Below are positions 8,832 to 17,148 of a DNA stretch of 40,000 bases, piece after piece; position 1 is the first letter of the stretch; each line of letters begins with the position of its first letter. Source of the stretch: Candidatus Peregrinibacteria bacterium CG10_big_fil_rev_8_21_14_0_10_55_24 (GTDB lineage Bacteria > Patescibacteriota > Gracilibacteria > Peribacterales > Peribacteraceae); the NCBI GenBank assembly GCA_002772745.1, contig PFDV01000005.1, positions 95,609 to 135,608 on the forward strand. Reading direction: 5' to 3'. The position numbers were made by a program, and so were the translations under genes. The notes under the pieces are model-generated. The model ran no database searches. It was not told where the DNA came from and saw nothing but the letters and a program-made list of their open reading frames with translations.

Positions 8832-11510
8832 ATGACACAGACACTCCTACGCATCCGGGCTGGCAAAGAGAATGAACGCGGTCCTCTGTACATGGAGCCT
8901 GCGATTGCCGCATTGCATTCTCTCCATGGAAAGGATCAACAGATGGGCTTAGAAATCGGCATGGCGCGCGACGGCAAAGTGGCGTTTTTCGTCCGCGGTT
9001 CCAAGCGGGCAGCCCGTTTGGCGGAGAGTCAGCTCTATGCGCAGTATCCGGACATGGATATTGAGCCTATTCTTGAGGATCCTTTCCTTGCTCAGGAGGA
9101 CGAGGAAATCTACACGATGGATCTGGTACTCAAGGGTCCCGAGGTGTTCCCCATCAAGCGGCATCCCCAATTTGATGATCTTCTCACGCGGGTGAACGTC
9201 GATCCCATTGCGGGCATCACCTCGACGCTCGCGCACCCGACTATTCCGGGCATGCGCGGACATGTGCAAATTGTTTTTAGACCCATGGGCGGCAGCTTCC
9301 GCAAGCGCGCCGTGCGGTTCCTTCCCCTGCTTGGCCGAGGATTTTCTTCTCTTTCCGATCATTACGCCCACTTTTTCACGCGGATGCAGCTTGCCCGTGG
9401 CTGGAGGCGTATGGTTTGCCTTCCTGTGGCGATTTTCCTGGGAGGATTTCGTGCATGGCCGGGATTCAGCGTGTATTTCACCAGCCCCATATCCATCACT
9501 ACGGGGGAAATCCAGATATCCAGTGATCACGATGAAGAGGAGCGCAATCGTGCGAGTTCCCGTTCTCATGATCGGGAGAATGCACTTGCAGCCGCACTCG
9601 ATAAGATGAATCGGCTTATTTTTCTCTGCAATGTTCGCATTAGCGTGATTGTGCCCAAGGGCAATCAGGAGGAGGCAGAGGCAAAGTTGGAGGAAATTTC
9701 GGGAAGTTTTCGGCAATTTGCTTTGCCGAACTGCAACGTATTCACTACCAAGAGTGTTCGGCAATCCCAGGCGATGTGGTTCGATTTTCGCGTTCCCCCC
9801 TACATCCTCTCCGTTGAGGAGATCGCCACACTCTGGCACCTGCCGACGATTCTTGTGCAGACCCCCAACATCGATTGGGTCTTAAGCCGTAAGCTGGAAC
9901 CTCCCATCAATCTTCCTACAGCTCCCGAATCCGATATCACCATTCTGGGAGACGCGACGTTCCGCGGCAAACGGACGCAATTCGGTATTCGTCCCGACGA
10001 TCGCCGCCGTCACGTGTACATCATCGGTAAGACCGGCATGGGAAAATCCACCCTCCTTGAGAACATGGTGTTCAGTGATATCCTCGCGGGGAAAGGAGTC
10101 GGTGTCATTGATCCTCACGGTGATTTGATTGATGCCATTGTTCAATTCCTTCCGCGCAATCGGATCAATGATGTCGTTCTCTTCGATCCAGCCGATCGCG
10201 ATTTCCCCCTCTCCTTCAACATGTTGGAGTCGCGTGATCCCGACCAGAACGCCATCGTCACTTCGGGGCTCATGGGGGTTTTTACCAAACTGTGGCCCGA
10301 TGCCTGGAGCGAGCGCATGAAACATATTCTCAGAAATACGCTCCTTGCTCTTCTGGAGTACCAGGGGTCTTCCATGCTGGGGATCATGCGAATGTTTGCG
10401 GATAAGGCTTATCGGGCCAAAGTCGTTGAACGTGTCTCCGATCCACTTGTGAAGAGCTTCTGGCAGGATGAGTACGATCAGTGGTCGGAAAAATACCGTA
10501 CCGAGGCGATCTCTGCCATTCAGAACAAAGTGGGGCAACTCCTCTCCACGCCGGTGATTCGTAATATTGTTGGGCAGGTAAAGAGCACCCTGGATCTGCG
10601 TCATGCCATGGACACAGGCAAAATTATTCTCGTGAACCTGAGCAAAGGGAAACTCGGCGAAGACGTTTCTGCGTTCCTCGGTTCTATGCTCGTGACCAAG
10701 TTCCAGATTGATGCCATGAGTCGTGCGGATATTCCCGAAGCGGAGCGTCGTGATTTCTACCTCTACGTCGATGAGTTCCAGAACTTCGCCACTGAAGCCT
10801 TTGCCACCATTCTCTCCGAGGCACGTAAGTACCGCTTGTCACTCACCATGGCCAACCAATACGTTGCACAGCTCCTGATCGGCGACGGTAACACGTCGCT
10901 GCGAGATGCGGTGTTCGGTAACGTCGGTTCTCTTGTCAGCTTTCAGGTCGGCAGTGATGATGCCGAGATGCTCAGTCTGCAGTTTGAAGAGGCAGTAACG
11001 CCCAAGGACATTCTGAGTCTTCCCAAGTATCACGCGTACGCTCGTCTGATGATTGACGGCGTGCCTTCCAAGCCGTTCTCCATCCATACGCTGCCTCCGC
11101 CTCTCTCCGAGCAGGATGCGAGGAAGATCGAGAACATACGCAAAATGTCGCGGCAACGTTACAGCGCCAAGCGAACAGAAGTGGAGCAGAAGATCTCCAA
11201 GTGGGCCGCTTCCGCCGCGCAGGCCAAGAAGCAGGAAAAGAATGTTGTCAAAGCCAAGGGGAAAGAAGAGGAAGAGCTTAAGCGTGCGAAGAAGAAGGGC
11301 ATGACGCTGGAGACATATCGTGCTTGGCGCGATCGAGAGATGTGGCTCAATGATTTCAACATGCTCAGGAAGAAGGAGTTTGCAGGGGAAGAGCTCACCG
11401 ATGCAGAGAAGAAGAGCATGAGCGATCTCTCCAGTAAGCTAGAGAAGAGCGGGGGGGTGCCGCCTCCGAGTAAGGCAATGCAGGAGCTCAAGGCGAAGAG
11501 GAAACGGTAA
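8832..11510 (+). CDS. P-loop ATPase of the TraD/VirD4 (TrwB-like coupling protein)/HerA-FtsK type, copy 1, with ~380-aa N-terminal domain and Lys/Glu-rich tail
   Basis: Walker A GKTGMGKST is at 10026-10052, followed by VIDPHGDL. Walker B FYLYVDEFQNF is near 10755-10787. Also present: EARKYRLSLTMANQY and FGNVGSLVSFQVG. It is a clear paralog of the ORF at 37596-39833. One hydrophobic stretch (MVCLPVAIFLGGF) lies in the N-terminal domain. The exact family cannot be fixed without an HMM search. Confidence 0.85.
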   Translation: MTQTLLRIRAGKENERGPLYMEPAIAALHSLHGKDQQMGLEIGMARDGKVAFFVRGSKRAARLAESQLYAQYPDMDIEPILEDPFLAQEDEEIYTMDLVLKGPEVFPIKRHPQFDDLLTRVNVDPIAGITSTLAHPTIPGMRGHVQIVFRPMGGSFRKRAVRFLPLLGRGFSSLSDHYAHFFTRMQLARGWRRMVCLPVAIFLGGFRAWPGFSVYFTSPISITTGEIQISSDHDEEERNRASSRSHDRENALAAALDKMNRLIFLCNVRISVIVPKGNQEEAEAKLEEISGSFRQFALPNCNVFTTKSVRQSQAMWFDFRVPPYILSVEEIATLWHLPTILVQTPNIDWVLSRKLEPPINLPTAPESDITILGDATFRGKRTQFGIRPDDRRRHVYIIGKTGMGKSTLLENMVFSDILAGKGVGVIDPHGDLIDAIVQFLPRNRINDVVLFDPADRDFPLSFNMLESRDPDQNAIVTSGLMGVFTKLWPDAWSERMKHILRNTLLALLEYQGSSMLGIMRMFADKAYRAKVVERVSDPLVKSFWQDEYDQWSEKYRTEAISAIQNKVGQLLSTPVIRNIVGQVKSTLDLRHAMDTGKIILVNLSKGKLGEDVSAFLGSMLVTKFQIDAMSRADIPEAERRDFYLYVDEFQNFATEAFATILSEARKYRLSLTMANQYVAQLLIGDGNTSLRDAVFGNVGSLVSFQVGSDDAEMLSLQFEEAVTPKDILSLPKYHAYARLMIDGVPSKPFSIHTLPPPLSEQDARKIENIRKMSRQRYSAKRTEVEQKISKWAASAAQAKKQEKNVVKAKGKEEEELKRAKKKGMTLETYRAWRDREMWLNDFNMLRKKEFAGEELTDAEKKSMSDLSSKLEKSGGVPPPSKAMQELKAKRKR

Positions 11511-11524
11511 GAGAAGAGGGATTT

Positions 11525-11564
11525 GAATACTTGAATACTTGAGTACGTGAGTACGTGAGTACTT
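11525..11564 (+). repeat. tandem 8-mers GAATACTT x2, GAGTACGT x2, GAGTACTT (related to the B-type intergenic elements of the array)
   Basis: Read directly from the sequence, starting 15 nt after the ATPase-1 stop codon. Confidence 0.8.
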
Positions 11565-11597
11565 GGGGTTGGGTGGTGGTGTAGCGTCGAATGTTGC

Positions 11598-11637
11598 AAA
11601 AAAGACCAGAAGTAACCTCTGGTCTTTTTTGTTTTTG
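11598..11637 (+). terminator. rho-independent terminator
   Basis: Perfect 8-bp stem AGACCAGA / TCTGGTCT (11603-11610 and 11618-11625) with a 7-nt loop, followed by TTTTTTGTTTTTG and preceded by an A-run. Confidence 0.85.
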
Positions 11638-12368
11638 TGTCTCGCTTCCTCGACTATCAGTACCGCAATGGGATACTCAGCCGTTTGGGGTGGGAAGCTG
11701 ACTGAGGGGAGGAGCCCTCGAATCTCTGCCTTGCTCTGGTTTCTTGTTTCTCCTCGCAACCGGACGAGGTCCCCGTGCCAGGTACTCAAGACATCGCACA
11801 AGGGCGAAGGAGACCATGGGGAGTCAATGTGCATGCCGTAAAGCAACCTCTCATCAACGGCACGACATCGCAGAGCAGAGAGGATGGTAGCCGGTCCTTT
11901 TTTTGGTTCAAGAATCCTATAGCGTAACCTGTTCCTCAGCAGGGACAAGAAGGGATGTGTGACTGAGCGGACGCTGGAATTCCTGAGGGGGAGGGCTACC
12001 CTCCTCTGCTTCTCTGTAGGTGATCGATGGTGTGAAGGGGCGGGGGAGAGAGCGCCCGTCCACGTCATCTTAAGCTGACGTGGGGGGGCGACTCGTGTGT
12101 GTTTGTGTGGCGTCTTTGTATCTGTTTTCTTTTGTGTGGAATGAACGAGGGGGCTGATGGCCAATGATCTGCACTGGGCAAATCTTGGCATTGTACGAAT
12201 GCGCCATGTCTCGTGCAACTTTTCGCCCTAGCGTCAGGGTTTCATTCGTTTTATGAATATAAAATGTGTTCAAGAGCGTACACTCAGTTTTTTGTTTTAG
12301 GATAGGTAAAAATGAGTCGCTTGGATGTGAAATTTCGTTGAGTGTATTTCCACAATTGACTATAGTCC

Positions 12369-12902
12369 TTAATAGGTTCTGCTTTGCCCTTGGCGCTTGC
12401 GCAGCTCATAGGCGGCGAGTTCGATATCAAGACGCGCGATCTCGGTGTCGAGCAGGGCTTCCAGGTAGTCGATTTGCTTATCAAAGTACGTTTTCTGGGC
12501 TTTGCGTTCCTTCTTGATGGCATCGGTGCGTGCCTTGGCCACATCGATGACTCCCTTATCCGCTTTATCGTTCTTTAGGTCATCCTGCGCGTTCTTGGCC
12601 CGTTCCTCTTGGCTCTCGAGGGAACGATCCCGGTCATCGCGTTCCTGTTCTACATCGCGAATCCAGCGGTCGTAGCGATTTTCTATATCATCGCGCTGCG
12701 TCTGCTGACTCTCCTTGAATGCCGCTATCGCTTCCTTGATCTCCTGATCTTCCTCTTTGAGCGTGCAAGCCTCGTACGCGGAATGGCCATCTTCCTCCTT
12801 TACGGTTGAACAATCCGTCCGTGCCGAAGTCGAGGGAAGGAGTGCAAGGAGAAGGGCAACGATGGTGGAGACGGTGCGTGACAGAGGAGGGGAATTGTCC
12901 AT
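12369..12902 (-). CDS. secreted coiled-coil protein (hypothetical)
   Basis: N-terminal signal-like segment TVSTIVALLLALLPSTSA, followed by a highly charged Glu/Lys/Asp/Arg heptad-like sequence. No family recognised. Confidence 0.6.
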   Translation of the reverse strand: MDNSPPLSRTVSTIVALLLALLPSTSARTDCSTVKEEDGHSAYEACTLKEEDQEIKEAIAAFKESQQTQRDDIENRYDRWIRDVEQERDDRDRSLESQEERAKNAQDDLKNDKADKGVIDVAKARTDAIKKERKAQKTYFDKQIDYLEALLDTEIARLDIELAAYELRKRQGQSRTY

Positions 12903-12972
12903 TCCTCATGCATAGATTTCAACTGACAGGAGAGCGTTCCTATTTTCTTATCGTGTCGCGGAGTTGTCTGTT

Positions 12973-13191
12973 TCAGTCGTTGAAGACTTCCCATTCCTCC
13001 TGACGGGCCTGTTCCACGATTTCCGGAGGGACAGACTGGCCGCGTGCTTCTAAGCAATGGACTTCTTCGTACGGGTCGAACGGGCCTTCGTGCACGGTAG
13101 TGCCTCCTGTGGGCATACCCGCAAGCTGAGAGTCCAGGCCGCCATCGGGGCCGAATATGTTTTCATCATCTGGTAGGTTCAATGGGTCCAT
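12973..13191 (-). CDS. small acidic hypothetical protein (72 aa)
   Basis: Only plausible ORF between the coiled-coil gene and glyA, on the same strand as its neighbours. No motif. Confidence 0.35.
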   Translation of the reverse strand: MDPLNLPDDENIFGPDGGLDSQLAGMPTGGTTVHEGPFDPYEEVHCLEARGQSVPPEIVEQARQEEWEVFND

Positions 13192-13348
13192 AGCTGAGTG
13201 AGAGGGAAAGAAGTTTTGTGCACTTTATGAGGAATGGGGGGAGAGGTCAACGAAGATCACATGTATTCGATCCCCAGCATCTACTAGCCAAAAAATGTAC
13301 ATGAGGAGACCTGGTGGCATTCCAGTCTTGCTTGCAGAACTTCGCTGC

Positions 13349-14617
13349 CTACGCCCAGTGCTTGGGGTCGATACCCGGGCAGGGGAAGCTCTGGCAGAGC
13401 TCGCGGACTTCTCCAGCGATGCGTGCGAGCACCTTGGCATCGTCCGCATGTTCAATGACCTCACTCATCCAGTCGCCAAGTTTACGCATCTCTGGCTCTT
13501 TCATGCCGCGCGATGTGATGGCCGGGGTTCCGATGCGTACGCCGGAGGGTTTAAACGGCGGATTGGGGTCGAAGGGCACGGTATTGCAGTTCGTGACGAT
13601 GCCTGCCGCATCGAGTGCCTTGGCAGCCTCGCGGCCACCAATGCCTTTGCTCTTCTGTACCTCGAAGAGAATCAGGTGGTTATCCGTGCCGCCGGAGACG
13701 AGGCGGAACCCGTGCGTGAGCAGCTGGTCGGCAAGAGCCTTGGCGTTCGCAACGATCTGCTTTGCATAGGCCTTAAACTCCGGAGTCGTCGCCTCCTTGA
13801 GCGCCACAGCAATGGCCGCAGTCGTGTGATTGTGCGGTCCCCCCTGGAGTCCTGGCATAATCGCTTTATCCACTTTCTCGGCGAATTGAGCTTTGCAGAG
13901 AATCATAGCTCCACGTGGGCCTCGCAGCGATTTGTGGGTGGTCGTGATGCCCGTATCGGCGATGGGGAACGGATTAGGATGCACGCCGCCGACGATGAGC
14001 CCCGTGATGTGCGACGTATCGGCGTGGAAGAACGCTCCCACTTCGTCACAGATTTCCCGGAACTTTTCCCATTCGATGGTGCGCGGGTATGCGGTGTACC
14101 CCGCGATAATTACCTTGGGTCTTACCTGCAGCGCTTGTTCGCGGATCTTGTCAAAGTTGAGCCGCTCGGTTTGAGGATCGAGTTCGTAGGGCACGGAGCG
14201 GTAGAGTTTTCCAGAGAAATTCACCTTCCACCCATGCGTCAGGTGTCCGCCGTGCGGCAGCGCAAGTCCCATGATGGCGTCGCCCGGTTCCAGCACGGCG
14301 TGATAGACAGCCATGTTCGCGGGGCTCCCTGAATAGGGTTGCACGTTGGCGTGTTCCACACCGAAGAGCTTCTTTGCCCGCTCGATGGCCAGGGTTTCCA
14401 CGATGTCTGTGATCTGCTGCCCCTCGTAGTAACGTTTTCCGGGGTACCCTTCTGAGTACTTGTTCGTGAGCACGCTTCCCGATGCCTCCAGCACCGCGGT
14501 GGATGCATAGTTCTCCGAAGGTATCAGGCGGATCTTATCCCACTCGCGTTTTTCCTCGGCGATGATGAGGTCGCGGATTTCGGGGTCCGTATCCTTGAGA
14601 GCGGGAAGGTACGTCAT
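13349..14617 (-). CDS. glyA: serine hydroxymethyltransferase
   Basis: LIPSENYAS..VLEA.GSVLTNKYSEGYPGKRYY and the PLP-lysine context TTTHKSLRGPRG. Start set at ATG 14617 (MTYLPALKDTDPEI). The 79 upstream codons of the track ORF do not resemble SHMT. Confidence 0.95.
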   Translation of the reverse strand: MTYLPALKDTDPEIRDLIIAEEKREWDKIRLIPSENYASTAVLEASGSVLTNKYSEGYPGKRYYEGQQITDIVETLAIERAKKLFGVEHANVQPYSGSPANMAVYHAVLEPGDAIMGLALPHGGHLTHGWKVNFSGKLYRSVPYELDPQTERLNFDKIREQALQVRPKVIIAGYTAYPRTIEWEKFREICDEVGAFFHADTSHITGLIVGGVHPNPFPIADTGITTTHKSLRGPRGAMILCKAQFAEKVDKAIMPGLQGGPHNHTTAAIAVALKEATTPEFKAYAKQIVANAKALADQLLTHGFRLVSGGTDNHLILFEVQKSKGIGGREAAKALDAAGIVTNCNTVPFDPNPPFKPSGVRIGTPAITSRGMKEPEMRKLGDWMSEVIEHADDAKVLARIAGEVRELCQSFPCPGIDPKHWA

Positions 14618-14900
14618 GGGAGCGGGGGAACGGGAAGAAGAGCGGTGGCGCACGGGAGTTGCGAGAGGCATGGAGGTAAGGGGAGTGGTTCGATCATAAC
14701 CAATCTGCCCTCGGGGTGCGAGGTACATGACTACATTCGTTACTCTTGGCGTTGCCGCGTATCGACGCGGAGTATCCTCCTGTGGCAGGATGGAAGTGTA
14801 TTCCACATCTTCCATGACTCTCTTCATCAGTCTCTTTCTCCTGGCGGCGTTCATCTTCCTGGCAGTGATCTACTTCAACAACGAGTGAGGAATTCCCAGT

Positions 14901-15488
14901 TTACTTGTTGCTCTCAACGTTGAGGATTCCTCTTGGTGTGGCGATGATGTCCATGCGCTCATCGTGTGTTTCCGTGGGCACTTCGTGCACGTTTTGACAG
15001 TCGAAAGCTATTCCAATCATGCGCGTTTTGGGGTTCGTCTTGCGCTGGTGATGTATCCACATGTCGAAACCGCCGTTCCCCCGACCCAGACGATTACCCC
15101 GATGATCGAACGCGCGACCGGGCACAAGGGCAATCGTGCACTGCATAGGGTCGAGTTCCTCGGCATCGTGAGGTGGTTCTAAGATGCCCAAGGGACCGGG
15201 GAGAAGAGTTGCGAGTTCCTCGCTGCGTCGGAACTGCAGTCCTCCGCGTTCCGAACAAGGCAGGAAGACCGCATCACCGCGCAGGATGAGTTCCTTGAGG
15301 AGCGGGCGAATATCAGGCTCGGTAGGCAGAGGTACGTACGCGCACACGGTTGCGCCTGGCGGGATGACAGGCAGGAGACGTCGGCAGAGCGATCGGCTCT
15401 CAGCTGCACGGCTCTGTGCATTCATGTGCTGCAGCCGTTCTTCCATTGCCAGGCGCAGATGCCGTTTTTGGTCTGCGGCGTGTGCCAT
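14901..15488 (-). CDS. 5-formyltetrahydrofolate cyclo-ligase
   Basis: Size and motifs fit MTHFS: YVPLPTEPD..., ALVPGRAFDHRGNRLGRGNGGFD. It sits in a folate context next to glyA. Start set at ATG 15488, 7 nt after the dnaX stop. Confidence 0.75.
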   Translation of the reverse strand: MAHAADQKRHLRLAMEERLQHMNAQSRAAESRSLCRRLLPVIPPGATVCAYVPLPTEPDIRPLLKELILRGDAVFLPCSERGGLQFRRSEELATLLPGPLGILEPPHDAEELDPMQCTIALVPGRAFDHRGNRLGRGNGGFDMWIHHQRKTNPKTRMIGIAFDCQNVHEVPTETHDERMDIIATPRGILNVESNK

Positions 15489-15495
15489 GCATGTC

Positions 15496-17007
15496 CTAGA
15501 AAATCTCCGCGGCAGCATCGACCAAATCAACTGCCTGCCCCGAAGGGGCCATGGTTTCTGTTTCCTTATCCCCTACGGTGCAATGAAGGCGCAAATTGCG
15601 CTTGAAGATGCGCTCGAGGATCTGCTCGATGGATCGGCTTGCTTCTGGGTGCTCCACCTTATCCTTATGGAAGGCAGAGGAGAACGCGAGTGTGATGATC
15701 TTCTCATCCAGTCCGATGAGGCGCCCGTTCTTCAGGGACATCTTCACGGAGGCGGGAGTCGTTTCCCCGATGACCTGCTGCCATACTCCCCGCAGTGCAT
15801 CCAAAGAGAGTTCCGGGGCTTCAACACTTGCAGAGCGTAATTCCTCTTTGGTTTCTTCCTCCTCTTGTGCCGCGGAGGCATCGTCCTTCTCATGCTCCTC
15901 CGGTGTTTTCTCCTCTTCTCCCTTCTTCTTTGTTAGTTCCTTTTTCGCTGCTTCCTTCTTCGCAGGCTCTTTCTCACTTGTTCCAGCGACTGTACCCAGA
16001 GAGCTTTGTGTAACGAAAGAGAGGAGCGCTGCTTCCAGCGTCAGTCCCGGCACCGGGGCTGAGCGCATGGCTCGCACAGTATCGAGTGTACTCAAAAGAA
16101 GGTACTGCAGGGCTCCGATCTCCTTTCCCTCAGCGATGGCCATATGCAGGTTCTGCCGCATGCGCCTGAGGAGCGTATGGAGGAATGCTTCCAGCGAGAT
16201 GCCGTTCTCCTCCATGTCCCGAACGGTATCGATGACCTTCTGCGCGTCCCTGGCGTCTATCGCTTCCAGAATCGGGTCCACGTATTCATTGCCATCCTTG
16301 CCCATGCGCTCCTCCACATCGGTGACGGAGATCTTGGGCAGTGAGCGCAGTTGGTCGAGCAGGGAGATTGCATCGCGCATGCCGCCCTGTACGTGTCGGG
16401 CGATCAGGCGGAGTGCCTCGCGTTCCACGGTGATGCGTTCCTGGTCGGCAATAAATTGCAGGCGCCGCACGATGTCCTCCTCCGGAACCGGTCGGAAATG
16501 GAAGCACTGGCATCGCGATTGGATAGTAGAGGGAATCTTGGTGAACTCGGTGGTGGCCAAGATGAAGAAAGCGTACGCGGGCGGCTCCTCGAGGGTCTTT
16601 AAGAGTGCGTTGAACGCTTCCTTGGTGAGCATGTGTACCTCATCAATGATGTACACCTTCGCGCAGGCGACGACCGGGGAGAACTGGATTTTCTCAATCA
16701 GATCGCGCACATCATCAATCCCGCGGTTACTGGCCGCGTCAATCTCCAGAAGATCCACGACGTTTCCATCCTCCACCCCCTTAATGATCTGCTTCTGGAG
16801 CGTTTCATCCGCAATGTCCTTGGTCATGAGAATCTTCGCCAAAATACGTGCTACAGAGGTTTTCCCCGTACCGCGGCTCCCTGCAAAGAGGAAGGCATGC
16901 GCCAACTTATCCTGCTTGGCCGCCTGCTCCAGCGTTGTCACAACGGCATCCTGCCCAACGACGTCGGCGAAGCTCTGCGGACGGTAGAGGCGGTAGAGGG
17001 ATGCCAT
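15496..17007 (-). CDS. dnaX: DNA polymerase III subunit gamma/tau
   Basis: MASLYRLYRPQSFADVVGQD...HAFLFAGSRGTGKTS (Walker A), IDEVHML and SRCQ.F.F are classical DnaX blocks. Confidence 0.95.
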   Translation of the reverse strand: MASLYRLYRPQSFADVVGQDAVVTTLEQAAKQDKLAHAFLFAGSRGTGKTSVARILAKILMTKDIADETLQKQIIKGVEDGNVVDLLEIDAASNRGIDDVRDLIEKIQFSPVVACAKVYIIDEVHMLTKEAFNALLKTLEEPPAYAFFILATTEFTKIPSTIQSRCQCFHFRPVPEEDIVRRLQFIADQERITVEREALRLIARHVQGGMRDAISLLDQLRSLPKISVTDVEERMGKDGNEYVDPILEAIDARDAQKVIDTVRDMEENGISLEAFLHTLLRRMRQNLHMAIAEGKEIGALQYLLLSTLDTVRAMRSAPVPGLTLEAALLSFVTQSSLGTVAGTSEKEPAKKEAAKKELTKKKGEEEKTPEEHEKDDASAAQEEEETKEELRSASVEAPELSLDALRGVWQQVIGETTPASVKMSLKNGRLIGLDEKIITLAFSSAFHKDKVEHPEASRSIEQILERIFKRNLRLHCTVGDKETETMAPSGQAVDLVDAAAEIF

Positions 17008-17027
17008 GGGGAGAGAAGGATACCGCT

Positions 17028-17064
17028 CTTCTCAGGCGAGTGCTACTCGAAAGAAGTGTACTGA
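17028..17064 (+). pseudogene. orphan 3'-terminal fragment of an array paralog (..GECYSKEVY stop)
   Basis: ggcgagtgctactcgaaagaagtgtacTGA is near-identical to the last 30 nt of intact paralogs (gaggagtgctacctgaaagaagtgtacTGA). No gene body precedes it; the dnaX start codon lies only 20 nt upstream on the other strand. Confidence 0.7.
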
Positions 17065-17128
17065 GAATGAATGATGAATTATGAAGAATGAATAATGAAC
17101 ACATAATTCATCATTCACCATTCAAGCT
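17065..17128 (+). repeat. A-type heptamer-repeat hairpin (GAATGAT/GAATTAT units), copy A1
   Basis: Perfect 15-bp stem: GAATGATGAATTATG (17069-17083) pairs with CATAATTCATCATTC (17102-17116). It is followed by the conserved leader CATGGTTCATACTTTTCCC-ATG. Confidence 0.8.
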
Positions 17129-17148
17129 TCATGGTTCATACTTTTCCC

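Noticed and set aside
8832-11510. Calling the ATPase-containing regions a conjugative element or type IV secretion locus.
   Set aside because: No relaxase, VirB4/VirB6/VirB10-like genes, pilins, integrase or element boundaries are present in the window. Neighbours of copy 1 are housekeeping genes.
11439-12218. 259-aa minus-strand ORF spanning the ATPase-1 3' end, the terminator and the non-coding region.
   Set aside because: It overlaps a well-supported gene and a terminator hairpin. Its composition (Arg/Pro/Ser/Leu/Thr-rich) is non-protein-like.
11640-12300. RNase P RNA, tmRNA, SRP RNA or a tRNA in the ORF-free region.
   Set aside because: I searched both strands by eye. For RNase P I looked for GAGGAAAGUCC and ACAGAACCCGGCUUA. 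For tmRNA I looked for a GGGGCUGA 5' end paired with a UUCGAAUCC..CCACCA 3' end. For SRP I looked for the GGAA tetraloop context. Only partial resemblances were found. The region is kept as an unexplained finding, not as an RNA gene call.
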